From NCBI GenBank assembly GCA_049286445.1, contig JBAQDW010000495.1, positions 1 to 47,298 of the forward strand: 47,298 nt of DNA, written 5' to 3'. Positions within the stretch are counted from its first letter, which is position 1, and the number at the start of each line of letters is the position of its first letter. Under the pieces are notes generated by a model that was not told the origin of the DNA, did not search any database, and worked only from the letters and a program-made list of their open reading frames with translations. The DNA comes from Rhodoferax sp. GTDB taxonomy: Bacteria > Pseudomonadota > Gammaproteobacteria > Burkholderiales > Burkholderiaceae_C. Below are positions 38,721 to 47,298 of this stretch, piece by piece. The translations under genes and the position numbers were made by a program.

Positions 38721-40160
38721 CTACCTCGCAGGCAAGTGATGCTTAGCACCAATAATCGTCAAGGACTTGGACCCACGGGTCATTGCGACATACAGATCCT
38801 TAGCGTCCAGTGCGTCTGCGTTAAGAATGACCGCATGGTCATACTCCAGCCCCTTCACTAACAGCGTCGTTCCTATGAGCTTTCGGTGACTGATCGGCCG
38901 TCCCATGTGTCTCATGTCGCGCTGATACTTGTTCGCAGCCTCCGTCAGATTCGCCCCCACCCCATCGATGTGAATCTTCAGCACGTTGAGGAAGCGATAC
39001 AGCAGATCACGACGATAGGCAGACGTGTCAGGGTTGGCCTTCAACGCCAAGAAGAAGGCTTTAAGGTGACCACTTGTTGGACTGTTCAGGTAGGCATTCG
39101 CTGCATGCAGGACCAAGGGGTACTTGGTCGCTTTACTTTGCTTCGCTACTTCGCCCTTTTGAGTGCCAGCCGTCAGAGTCTTCGCAACACCCGTGAAGCA
39201 CTTTTTGGAGAACTCCACCGACAAGAGGAAGCCAGCTTGGGTTGTCTTGGCCGCAACGAATTTTTTGACGAATGAGTGGAGCGCCTTGCCTTCAACTTCT
39301 TCGATGGAGGAGAACCGACCGGCCAAGCGCAGGGCCAGATCGTGGGTCTTGTTCTTTGATTTCTGATCACCGCCATGCAGTGCAATCACGCTTTCGTTGT
39401 GCCCCAGCAGACCCATGAGAGAGTTGTACTGCTTGTGCACGAGGAACTCTGGGGTTGCATAGGCTCGTTTCACGCACTCAGGCAGACCGTTCGAAAGATC
39501 GATCTTCTGACCCTGTTCCAGTGTCTCCCTTGCCTTCTTGAGCCAAGCTCCAAGCTTCGGGTCGCCGGCCATTTTCCAGCGCCACGGCGTCTCTAGCTGA
39601 CCGAGGCAAGTGAAGGTCGGATAGACACTTACAGCCCAATCAACGGGCTTGCCATCGTCACCACCAAAGTCAAAGATGGCCTGCATAGGATCGCCCAAGA
39701 TTCGACAGGGCATGAACTCAGCGAAGGCGCAGACAAGGGTGTGCTGCACATCGGCGCAGTCCTGGTACTCGTCCACATAGACGCCGGCATAGGTGGCAGC
39801 TACAACGCGGCGAACAAATTGCTTCCCTAGCAACCCCGAACAACACTCGTAGAGCTTGTTCCACTGCTTGTCGGCGGGGTGCTCAGCCTTCCACCCCGAA
39901 GTCTTCGGGTAGGCCAAACAGAGCCGAAGTGACCAACTCGCAATCGTGTCAATCTGGTACTTGGAGGACGGCACGCCAAGAGCCGTCATCTTGGCCTTGA
40001 TGGAGTTCACACCCGCGAAGGTGTGGGTCAAGATCAGTTGCTTCTTGCTGGCCGCCTTCACCGCCATGGCAATGAGGTGCGTCTTACCGTAGCCGGCCGG
40101 CGCGATCACATACCCTTTGGTAGTGAAGTCGTTGAGCTTGAGGGCCAATTCCTCAGACAT
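38721..40160 (-). CDS. gajB: UvrD-like helicase, Gabija GajB-like
   Basis: APAGYGKT, VDEYQD, LGDPMQAIF, KGLEYD, LYVAMTRG; short protein overlapping the OLD nuclease gene. Confidence 0.85.
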   Translation of the reverse strand: MSEELALKLNDFTTKGYVIAPAGYGKTHLIAMAVKAASKKQLILTHTFAGVNSIKAKMTALGVPSSKYQIDTIASWSLRLCLAYPKTSGWKAEHPADKQWNKLYECCSGLLGKQFVRRVVAATYAGVYVDEYQDCADVQHTLVCAFAEFMPCRILGDPMQAIFDFGGDDGKPVDWAVSVYPTFTCLGQLETPWRWKMAGDPKLGAWLKKARETLEQGQKIDLSNGLPECVKRAYATPEFLVHKQYNSLMGLLGHNESVIALHGGDQKSKNKTHDLALRLAGRFSSIEEVEGKALHSFVKKFVAAKTTQAGFLLSVEFSKKCFTGVAKTLTAGTQKGEVAKQSKATKYPLVLHAANAYLNSPTSGHLKAFFLALKANPDTSAYRRDLLYRFLNVLKIHIDGVGANLTEAANKYQRDMRHMGRPISHRKLIGTTLLVKGLEYDHAVILNADALDAKDLYVAMTRGSKSLTIIGAKHHLPAR

Positions 40161-41880
40161 GCTCAGCCCAAGTCCAAAGCACCTCCAGTTTGACAGCCAA
40201 GTCCTTCTTCAAGAATGCGGCGTCGTTGAACGCAGGGCTCACGACCTTGAACCACTGATCGCCTCGCGTGGTGTCCTTGAACCACCCTGGTTCCTTTCCA
40301 TCCTTCTTTCCCTTTTTCGCTGCTGAACCTATAGCGGTACGCAGCTCCGGGCTATCAAGCCACTTCTCAACGTCCTGATCAATTTGCTCCTGAACTCTGG
40401 AGCGCACTTGGTCGCAAACTTGATAGCCAAGGTCGTCCTGCGCAAACTTCAAGCTGACCAAAACGCTCTGCCAAGGCAGATCTTGAAATGCCCGCTCCTC
40501 CAAGCAGTACTTGTCGCTCCAAACATGCACGGGGACACCTAGCTTCGTGAGTTCCGCCACATCAGCAGTCGAGAACTGATCTTCAGCGTCTGCATCTGCA
40601 AGCACTGAAACGTCATAGCCGAGCGACTTGAACGCCTTTGCTAAGTCTTTAATCTTGCTGGCACCCCTCGCGTCCAGAAGGGCAACGCCGTGATACGACA
40701 GCGGGTCCTTGCCCTTGCCGACCTGGTGATCGTCAAAACCTCGCACGAAGCCTACTTCAGTAGCGCCCTCGCAGACCACCACCTTCTTCGCCAAAAATGC
40801 TTCGGTGCTGGACCGAATCTTTCCCTGCACTTCAAGCTCTTCCAGACCGTCCTTCGCTGCGGAAGTGATCTGCACAATCCCACCCTTGCTATGCACGACG
40901 TATAACTCTTTGACGGTCAATTCCCGCAGAACCGTGGGTGAGTGCGTGGTGAGGAAGTATTGGCCTCGTTTGTCCTCTCGGACATGCTTGATAAGGCGGG
41001 TGATTCGGTGCGGCTCCAAGCCAAACTCAACCTCGTCAAACAAGGTGATGTGGCCCTCTTCCAAACCCATCTTCTGAATGCCGCACAACAGCATGCGCCT
41101 TGACCCAAGACCAAGCTGACGAAGAGGAATGTCACCGTCATGGAGCGCCAACCCACCCACTTTCAGGTTGATAGAAGCCAGATCGAGGCGAGCCTTGTAG
41201 GCGTCCAACACCGGCACACCCAACAGTTTCGCAATGTCCTGCGACTTCTCTGCCGCTGCATCGAAATTCTTGAGGGAGACAGGTCGATCAGCGTCCAAAG
41301 AAGCTCTGGCCGTTCTGGAGGCATTTGCCAGTAGCTCGTTGAGATTTTGCGCCACGGTGAGCTTCGCCAACGCCGTCCCTGTGGCCCACGAAAGCTGCTT
41401 CTCACTGTAGGCGCCAATGAGGCCCACGCTGACCTTGTTCCTGTCGCCCTGCTTGAACGGAACACCGTCAGGGTGGCGATCACAGATCACCACCCACTTG
41501 GGCTCAAGATCCTTGTCGACCGTAAGCCGCACGGTCAAGACACTCTCAAGATGGTCTTCAGGCTCGTCAGTGAGCTTGAGGGCGGCTGCATCCCAGCCCC
41601 GGAGGTGATGGCCGTACTTGTCGAGCGAGCAGAACTCTTCGGTCAATTCGCCAATGGTGACTTCAATGACGATTGAATCTGCAACTTTGCACTGGTGAAA
41701 GTCAGAGTCGCTGAGGGTCAAATTCCACTGAGGATGGAAGGCATATCTGATGGCTTCCAAGATTGTGGATTTGGAAGAATCTCCTTTGCCAATCAAGCAG
41801 AAGATGTCGGCTTTGGGAAGATCCCAGTCAAGCTCTTTCACCCCACGAAAGTTCTTGATCTTTATTTTTCTGATTTTCAC
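40153..41880 (-). CDS. gajA: OLD-family ABC ATPase-TOPRIM nuclease, Gabija GajA-like
   Basis: GTG start at 41880 with GGAGG RBS; IKNFRG, GKGDSSKST, FDEVEFGLEPH, TTHS, VCEGATE, DAD. Confidence 0.88.
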   Translation of the reverse strand: MKIRKIKIKNFRGVKELDWDLPKADIFCLIGKGDSSKSTILEAIRYAFHPQWNLTLSDSDFHQCKVADSIVIEVTIGELTEEFCSLDKYGHHLRGWDAAALKLTDEPEDHLESVLTVRLTVDKDLEPKWVVICDRHPDGVPFKQGDRNKVSVGLIGAYSEKQLSWATGTALAKLTVAQNLNELLANASRTARASLDADRPVSLKNFDAAAEKSQDIAKLLGVPVLDAYKARLDLASINLKVGGLALHDGDIPLRQLGLGSRRMLLCGIQKMGLEEGHITLFDEVEFGLEPHRITRLIKHVREDKRGQYFLTTHSPTVLRELTVKELYVVHSKGGIVQITSAAKDGLEELEVQGKIRSSTEAFLAKKVVVCEGATEVGFVRGFDDHQVGKGKDPLSYHGVALLDARGASKIKDLAKAFKSLGYDVSVLADADAEDQFSTADVAELTKLGVPVHVWSDKYCLEERAFQDLPWQSVLVSLKFAQDDLGYQVCDQVRSRVQEQIDQDVEKWLDSPELRTAIGSAAKKGKKDGKEPGWFKDTTRGDQWFKVVSPAFNDAAFLKKDLAVKLEVLWTWAEHV

Positions 41881-42439
41881 CGAGACGAGTCCTCCAGAAC
41901 TACACCTACGAAAACGGGCGATTCTTGACTCAATGTTCTGGCGCACTCTCCCAAGTGCAGCGAAGAACGTCTCGTCGCCTTCGACTCCTCATCATAGATA
42001 CATTTCGTCACGATGCCAGCAAGAAAGCACCCAGCGAGGCTCAGAGGAAGTGGAACGTCAGCCGGCCGATTGAGTTTGCGAGGTCTCCGTCCACATTCGA
42101 TAGAAGCAGTCGTTCGCCGAAGGACGCGCGATCGTCAGCTTTCAGCCTGGAACGGTCATAGAGCTTTTGGCATCCCGCACTCTTCATTCCGACCTCGATA
42201 CTCACGTCCGTTTGCGGTGCAGGCCGCTGCACGGCTCAAAATAGGTAAGACCGCTCTTTATGTCGCCTTGCAAACGGTGAGTGCGACAGACTCTTAGCAA
42301 TTAGGCTGCTAAAGCTCGTTGGAATCGCTTGCATATGGCAACAGCAGCCCGGAAAACTAAAAAAAGGTGCCCTTGAACAACTCACGCTTAGACGCCGAAA
42401 GAACAACATGATCACCCTTGCCAGCACAGGAAGAACAAC

Positions 42440-43354
42440 TTGAAAATCGCGGTCAAAAAGAAAATCGACGAACTCCTAGCCCTTGATCAAATCAAGAAAC
42501 TGGCCGTAACGGCCATGTTTTCCGACGACGACCTCCTGGATCAGCTAGTGCTTAAAGGCGGCAACGCGATGGCCCTCATTCACAAGCTGACCTCACGCGA
42601 ATCTATCGACATCGATTTTTCGATGCGCCATGATTTTCCGGACGGGCCCGAAGCCGTACAGGCTCGCATCGAAATTGCGTTACAACGAACATTTCGTCCT
42701 GCGGGATACGAGCCCTTTGATTTCAAGATGGAGGAAAGGCCTGCCGAGGTCAGCCCGGATCTTGCAGACTTCTGGGGCGGCTACGGTGTTGAATTCAAGT
42801 TGGTGCCAAATGCCCAATTTGCGGAACTCAAAAGCGATCTGCCAAAGCTGCGGAACGCGGCCCTCAGCATCGGGCAAGGGCGCAAATTTTTCATCGATAT
42901 CAGCCGCTTTGAGTACATCGATGACAAGGAGCCAAAGGATTTAGACGGCTACCGCATTTACGTGTACTCGCCGCTGATGATCGCCTGCGAAAAGCTGCGG
43001 GCCATCTGCCAGCAGATGAACGAGTACGCCCCTGTCGTCAAGCGCGACAACCGCCCCGGCTCACAGCGCGCCCGGGACTTCCTCGACATTCACGTCTTGG
43101 TCGAAAGCCTACGACTGGACATGCTTTCGCCCAAGGCTATAGACATCACACGCCAGATGTTCGCCCTCAAGCGCGTCAAGCTGGACTGGCTCGGCAACAT
43201 CGAAAACTACCGCGAGTTCCATCGTCAAGGCTTCCCCTCAGTGAAAGACACCGTAAGCCGGAACTTTGACCTGCAGGAATTCGATTTCTATGTGGACTAC
43301 GTCGTGAAGCTGGCCAACGATATCTTGACCGAGGTCCACGCGACGCCAGCCTAG
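42440..43354 (+). CDS. abiEii: AbiEii/AbiGii-family nucleotidyltransferase toxin
   Basis: LVLKGGNAM..RESIDIDFS, EKLRAI, RARDFLDI. Confidence 0.92.
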   Translation: MKIAVKKKIDELLALDQIKKLAVTAMFSDDDLLDQLVLKGGNAMALIHKLTSRESIDIDFSMRHDFPDGPEAVQARIEIALQRTFRPAGYEPFDFKMEERPAEVSPDLADFWGGYGVEFKLVPNAQFAELKSDLPKLRNAALSIGQGRKFFIDISRFEYIDDKEPKDLDGYRIYVYSPLMIACEKLRAICQQMNEYAPVVKRDNRPGSQRARDFLDIHVLVESLRLDMLSPKAIDITRQMFALKRVKLDWLGNIENYREFHRQGFPSVKDTVSRNFDLQEFDFYVDYVVKLANDILTEVHATPA

Positions 43355-44244
43355 AAGCCCTCAGGTACGTACAGCCGCCAAGCCGGCACGTACTTGGTCG
43401 CGCTCATCGCGTGGGTGAGATAAAAGTCAAACTCCATCGGAAAGCGGCGCATCAGGTCCAACGAGCTGGCGCGGTAGCCCGCACGCTCCAGATAAAAGCC
43501 TATGGCCTGATGGTAGGGATAGGTAAACCGCAGCTTGCTGAGCATCGCGCCCATCGCATTCACCGACACAACGTTCTTGGCCAGCTCGAAGGCCTTCGCC
43601 ACTTCAAACACTCCGCCACTGTAGGCAGGCCGCACGGCTGCATCTATCAGCGTACGCTCGATATTGGTAACCCGCACGCTAACTCGACTCTCTAAACTCA
43701 GTTGAGCCTCGTGGTTCAGTACGCCCAACTCCCCCGTGTTGGCACTGTTGATTAACAGCACCTGCAAGTTGTTGAAATCGGCTGTGTTGTTGCTGATCCG
43801 GGCCGGCCGCTGAAACGCCTCATCGATCGCAGATTGGGTGAGGGAGGTGCCCCACTGCGTATCGCTAGATCGCTCGTGGCTGAGATAGAGAACCTTTGGA
43901 ACCTGCTCCGTCAAGCCATGTAGCCGCATAGCCGTGTAGTGGCTGTAGTAGCTGCGCGGCTTCAAATGAAGCAGCAGCTCCATCATTGGTATTTCTCCCC
44001 AGACATACAGCGTCTCAGGCTGATGGGGGAATGCGAACTTGTGTTCCTTCAGCTTTCCTTGTTTTTTGAGGAAGACGATGAAATCGCGAATGGTAGTGCG
44101 TTGAGCCAGGCGCCAACCGGCTCGCTCTTTCGCAAGAAAACCCATCATTTGCTTGTGCCTGATCACTGGAGGAAGTGCTTCAAAGTACGCAAGGATGTCT
44201 GGCTTGGCGATCTGGATGCGAGAACGATCAGTGATCGAATTCAT
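43351..44244 (-). CDS. abiEi: AbiEi-family antitoxin / transcriptional regulator
   Basis: YYSHYTAMRLHGLTEQVP and VRVTNIERTLIDAAVRP.YSGG motifs. Confidence 0.88.
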   Translation of the reverse strand: MNSITDRSRIQIAKPDILAYFEALPPVIRHKQMMGFLAKERAGWRLAQRTTIRDFIVFLKKQGKLKEHKFAFPHQPETLYVWGEIPMMELLLHLKPRSYYSHYTAMRLHGLTEQVPKVLYLSHERSSDTQWGTSLTQSAIDEAFQRPARISNNTADFNNLQVLLINSANTGELGVLNHEAQLSLESRVSVRVTNIERTLIDAAVRPAYSGGVFEVAKAFELAKNVVSVNAMGAMLSKLRFTYPYHQAIGFYLERAGYRASSLDLMRRFPMEFDFYLTHAMSATKYVPAWRLYVPEGF

Positions 44245-44248
44245 AACG

Positions 44249-44494
44249 TGCTATGTGGCATATATGCCACATAGCATAGCACACAATGAGCAATTGTAAA
44301 TGCATCAGGGTGAAGCGTGTGCCAATTGACAAAACTGGCCAGTTTCGTATGCTAGGTGGCATGTATGCCACCTAGCACGCAAGTTTAAAAAGTTTTATGC
44401 TGATATTTACCTTGGAAGATGCCCAAGATTTGCATCGATAGTTCATCACGCATGGCGTATGCTAGGTGGCATATATGCCACCTAGCATACGCCA
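44249..44494. repeat. Three related palindromes (core TGCTA(T/G)GTGGCAT-NN-ATGCCAC(A/C)TAGCA) upstream of abiEi
   Basis: 44249-44276 (perfect, 28 bp), 44350-44377 (28 bp, GT centre), 44453-44494 (perfect, 42 bp); centres 101 and 110 bp apart. Confidence 0.95.
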
Positions 44495-44568
44495 GCCATC
44501 TCCAAAATACCTTTCTCTGATTCCAACCGACTACGTAATTGACAGCGTATGTCGTTGATAAGGAGGCT

Positions 44569-44772
44569 TTACCGATATACCTCCCGCCGGTTGCCCACCT
44601 TCAACACCAGCAAGCGCAGCGCCCCGTCCTCGATGTGGGCAATGACCCGGTAGTCCCCCCACGCGGTATTTCCAGAATTCGCCCAGCTTGGAGCCCTTCA
44701 AGGCTACGGCCACGCGCTCGCGCAGGAACGCCAGGATGCGCCGGGCCACCGGCTTCTCCAGCTTGGCCAGCG
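44569..44772 (-). pseudogene. Degraded RelE/StbE-type toxin
   Basis: LAKLEKPVARRILAFLRERVAV-ALKGSKLGEFWKYRVG, frameshift in a G run (~44655), then DYRVIAHIEDGALRLLVLKVGNRREVYR*; N-terminus and antitoxin absent. Confidence 0.85.
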
Positions 44773-44804
44773 ATCCGCTTCTGGCTGTAATGAGTCATTT
44801 GCTT

Positions 44805-45428
44805 TCAGACCAAGTTAGCCCCTGAGATTAATTTCAGCCCATCTGGACGCAACTCGCCTTTTGGGGACACATGCCGATAGAGCGTCTGCCGAGTGACACC
44901 CAGTTCTTTGCACAGATCGCCCACGATGGTTTCGGGCTGACCCATCGCTGCCATGGCCAGACGCAGCTTGGCAGCAGTCATCTTGAACGGCCTCCCGCCT
45001 TTCCTACCGCGCGCCCGTGCGGAAACCAGGCCAGCGACTGTTCGCTCAGAAATCAACTCGCGCTCGAACTCGGCCAGCGCAGCAAAAATCCCAAACACCA
45101 GCTTGCCCGCAGCGGTGGTCGTGTCTATCGCAGCACCCTGACCCGTCAAAACCTTGAGGCCTACGCCGCGCGCCGTCAGGTCATGCACGGTGTTGACCAG
45201 GTGGCGCAAATTGCGGCCCAAGCGATCGAGCTTCCACACCAGCAGCGTGTCGCCGTCCCGCAGCGCCTTGAGGCATGCAGTCAGTCCAGGGCGCTCATCG
45301 CGCCGGCCAGAGGATTGGTCCTCGTAGAGATGGTCTGGACTGACCCCGGCGCAGATCAGAGCATCGCGCTGCAAATCGGTGGACTGGGAGCCGTCTGCTT
45401 TCGATACCCGCATGTAGCCAATCAGCAT
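44805..45428 (-). CDS. Serine resolvase, Tn5053/Tn402 TniR-like
   Basis: MLIGYMRVSKADGSQSTDLQRDAL, VWKLDRLGR, HTH LGVTRQTLYRH. Confidence 0.95.
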   Translation of the reverse strand: MLIGYMRVSKADGSQSTDLQRDALICAGVSPDHLYEDQSSGRRDERPGLTACLKALRDGDTLLVWKLDRLGRNLRHLVNTVHDLTARGVGLKVLTGQGAAIDTTTAAGKLVFGIFAALAEFERELISERTVAGLVSARARGRKGGRPFKMTAAKLRLAMAAMGQPETIVGDLCKELGVTRQTLYRHVSPKGELRPDGLKLISGANLV

Positions 45429-45437
45429 TTTTTCACC

Positions 45438-45562
45438 TGTCACATATACGTTCGATTATGTGACGACGCCGATCGGTTGGTATCGATCATCAAAAAATGT
45501 CACTTAACCCGTAACTTATTTTAAGACATGCAAAGGGCATGAAATTCTCATGATGTGACAGA
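45438..45562. promoter_or_regulatory. res site of the TniR-like resolvase
   Basis: TGTCACATATACGTTCGATTATGTGAC plus further TGTCAC / AGACA / GTGACA subsites. Confidence 0.75.
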
Positions 45563-45629
45563 AATTTCGCTAGGACGCCTTTTTTAAGGTGGATTGAGAA
45601 TTCCACAAAACCATCCTGATCCCCTGCTA

Positions 45630-46418
45630 TCAGTTGGCAACCAAAGGGCTAACACTACTTTGGTGCTGTTGATACAGTTCGTGCAACTTCTCGCGCAAAG
45701 TGTTCATGCCACCGGTGACGTAAACCCAATGGCCATTTGCCGAGCGCACGCTTTCCACCGACGCATGGCGAATAAAGTCGGTCATCAAAACCACCGGGTT
45801 ATGGCTCTTGGAAAGTGCCACCAATTGGCTACTGTTGCGTGCATCGGCAGATACAAAAGACAGCTTGGCAAATTTGAAGTCGTTTTTGATCATGTGCGCT
45901 TGTCCGGGCAGTAGTCCGACAATAGTTGCAGTAAAGTTTTTTCTTTTTTCCTTGGGGGTGCGCTCTTTGTCCCTTTTGAGCGGGCCTTGGGTGCTGTTTG
46001 GCGCTTGAGCCTCTGCCACTGCTACAAGGGGATGTTCTGGTTCTGGTTCGGGGTCGGCTTCAGGTGCTGGTGCTGGTGCGACAGGCACCCGCTGAGTGGG
46101 TACGGGCGCAGCCGGCGTTGGCTCTGCCACGACCTTGGCGCAAGGCTGCTCCACAGCGCTTACAGACTGGATTACTGGTTGCGCCAACAAGCTGATCGGA
46201 ATCTGGATGGGCTGAATCTGACCTATGGCTACCGCAATTTTGTTATGTATGTCTTTGGTGGCTTCAGCAATGATGGAGTTGACTCTGGATTCAATTTCTT
46301 GCTGTAGTGGTTGTACCAGCGCATCCACAATCGAGGTGGCCACTGATTGCGCGATGCTCTGAAATGCAGTCTGTAAGGCAGAAATGCCTAGTGTGTCGGC
46401 GGGGTTGCTGTCTGGCAT
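45630..46418 (-). CDS. Hypothetical protein: helical N-terminus, Pro/Glu linker, small alpha/beta C-terminal domain
   Basis: 262-aa ORF; PAPAPEADPEPEPE linker; C-terminal TIVGLLPGQ..VVLMTDFIRH..GGM..L. Confidence 0.75.
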   Translation of the reverse strand: MPDSNPADTLGISALQTAFQSIAQSVATSIVDALVQPLQQEIESRVNSIIAEATKDIHNKIAVAIGQIQPIQIPISLLAQPVIQSVSAVEQPCAKVVAEPTPAAPVPTQRVPVAPAPAPEADPEPEPEHPLVAVAEAQAPNSTQGPLKRDKERTPKEKRKNFTATIVGLLPGQAHMIKNDFKFAKLSFVSADARNSSQLVALSKSHNPVVLMTDFIRHASVESVRSANGHWVYVTGGMNTLREKLHELYQQHQSSVSPLVAN

Positions 46419-46500
46419 AGGATGATCTAAATGGTGAGGTGGAGGATGAACGATTGTCTTGCTACTACACCCTCATCCAGAGCTTTCCCATCTATAAATA

Positions 46501-46590
46501 GGGGCCGTCACAGAAAACGGAAAATAAAGCACGTTAAGCCTGCGAGCACGCCGGGAGCCAGCGGTACAGAGTTGGCACGGACACGCCCAG
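46501..46590 (+). mobile_element. Tn21-like 38-bp IR plus the 3' tip of a resolvase gene
   Basis: GGGGCCGTCACAGAAAACGGAAAATAAAGCACGTTAAG; the adjacent minus strand encodes LGVSVPTLYRWLPACSQA*. Confidence 0.9.
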
Positions 46591-47111
46591 ACAAAGGTGA
46601 AATTTCTAAGGGGCGCACTTTTGAATTTAAAGCAGCTTGCGTAGTGCCATCGCTGTACCGCCCATTCACTAAACAATGGCTGTATTTCAACCGCACTTTC
46701 AATGAGATGGTGCTGCAAATGCCGCGCATTTTTCCGAAGGCGGGTGCGGAAAATTTACTCATCATGGTCAAGCAACGGATGAGCAACGAAGGACAGTTTG
46801 TGCTTATGGTGAATTCACCGCCAGAGCTCCAAACAGACGGTGGTAGCCAATGCTTCCCGCTCTACCTCTACAACATTGCGGAAAAGCGGGGTGATGCCAC
46901 CGAAGATCGACCAGACGGCTTTAAGCAGCAAACGGGCTTGTTCGCTGAAGAAAACAGCGACCTGTTTGAAGCAGCTGCTGCACAGCCCACAGCGACCAAG
47001 TATGAACGCCGCGATGCCATCAACGATGCTGGGCTGGCCCACTTCCAAGAAGCCTACCCAGGCGAAATCATCAGCAAGGAAGACCTGTTCTATTACGTGT
47101 ACGGCCTGCTG
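46591..47111 (+). pseudogene. Internal fragment of a type ISP (LlaGI/LlaBIII-like) RM enzyme, C-terminal specificity region
   Basis: [44 protein letters not shown]; cut at both ends by Tn sequences. Confidence 0.85.
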
Positions 47112-47171
47112 GGGGTCACTTCAGGAAACGGATCACAGCGTACGTTAAGCCTGCGAGGATGCCGGAATCCA
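47112..47171 (+). mobile_element. Second copy of the left end of the 8739-12511 transposon (IR plus 22 bp)
   Basis: Identical to 8739-8798. Confidence 0.93.
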
Positions 47172-47183
47172 CACCGCTGGGGT

Positions 47184-47298
47184 GGGAACACATCAATCTG
47201 ACCGGCGATTACCTCTGGCGCAGCAGCACCAAGGTCGGCGCAGGCAAGTTCAGACCGTTGCGACCACTGCCACCGGCTTAACGTGCTTTATTTTCCGT
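47184..47298. repeat. Terminal overlap, identical to 1-115
   Basis: Exact repeat of the first 115 bases. Confidence 0.97.

Noticed and set aside
41881..41946. Upstream start for gajA
   Set aside because: The family begins at MKIRKIKIKNFRG, and the GTG at 41880 has a GGAGG RBS.
44249..44494. CRISPR array call for the three palindromes
   Set aside because: Only three units, spacers of 73-82 bp, fully palindromic repeats and no cas genes on the plasmid. Kept as an operator/RNA candidate instead.
44805..45562. Tn402-type integron or Tn5053 transposon
   Set aside because: No intI, attC sites or tniABQ seen; only the resolvase and res.
46431..47201. 256-aa ORF as an intact gene
   Set aside because: Chimeric read-through of a Tn IR, antisense tnpR tip, type ISP fragment and a second IR.
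1..47298. rRNA or tRNA genes
   Set aside because: None recognisable by eye.

Overview
The window is a complete circular plasmid of about 47.18 kb: bases 1-115 are repeated exactly at 47184-47298. It is probably betaproteobacterial (inference from gene style only). The backbone (13.5-24.3 kb) holds a Rep_3 initiator with iterons and DnaA boxes, kfrA, an AT-rich traK/traL/traM-like operon, a putative oriT, mobC, a 1438-aa relaxase-helicase carrying an overprinted TraH homologue, and parA/parG. No T4SS or coupling protein is visible, so it is mobilisable rather than self-transmissible. More than half of the sequence is defence-type cargo: a type I RM system with an inserted LOTUS/OST-HTH gene and an M48 peptidase, a truncated Fic gene, Gabija-like gajAB, a sacsin-like GHKL ATPase-DUF3883 nuclease, tandem DEDDh exonucleases, a non-specific endonuclease, and a convergent AbiEii/AbiEi pair next to three long palindromes. 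Directly downstream of Gabija is a tightly packed, unrecognised four-gene operon (membrane/nuclease-like protein, coiled-coil protein, small protein, Upf1-like SF1 helicase). This is the best candidate for an undescribed system. Mobile DNA includes one complete Tn3-family transposon, a hybrid nested Tn3 miniature element across the origin, IS5 and IS481 remnants and two extra resolvases.
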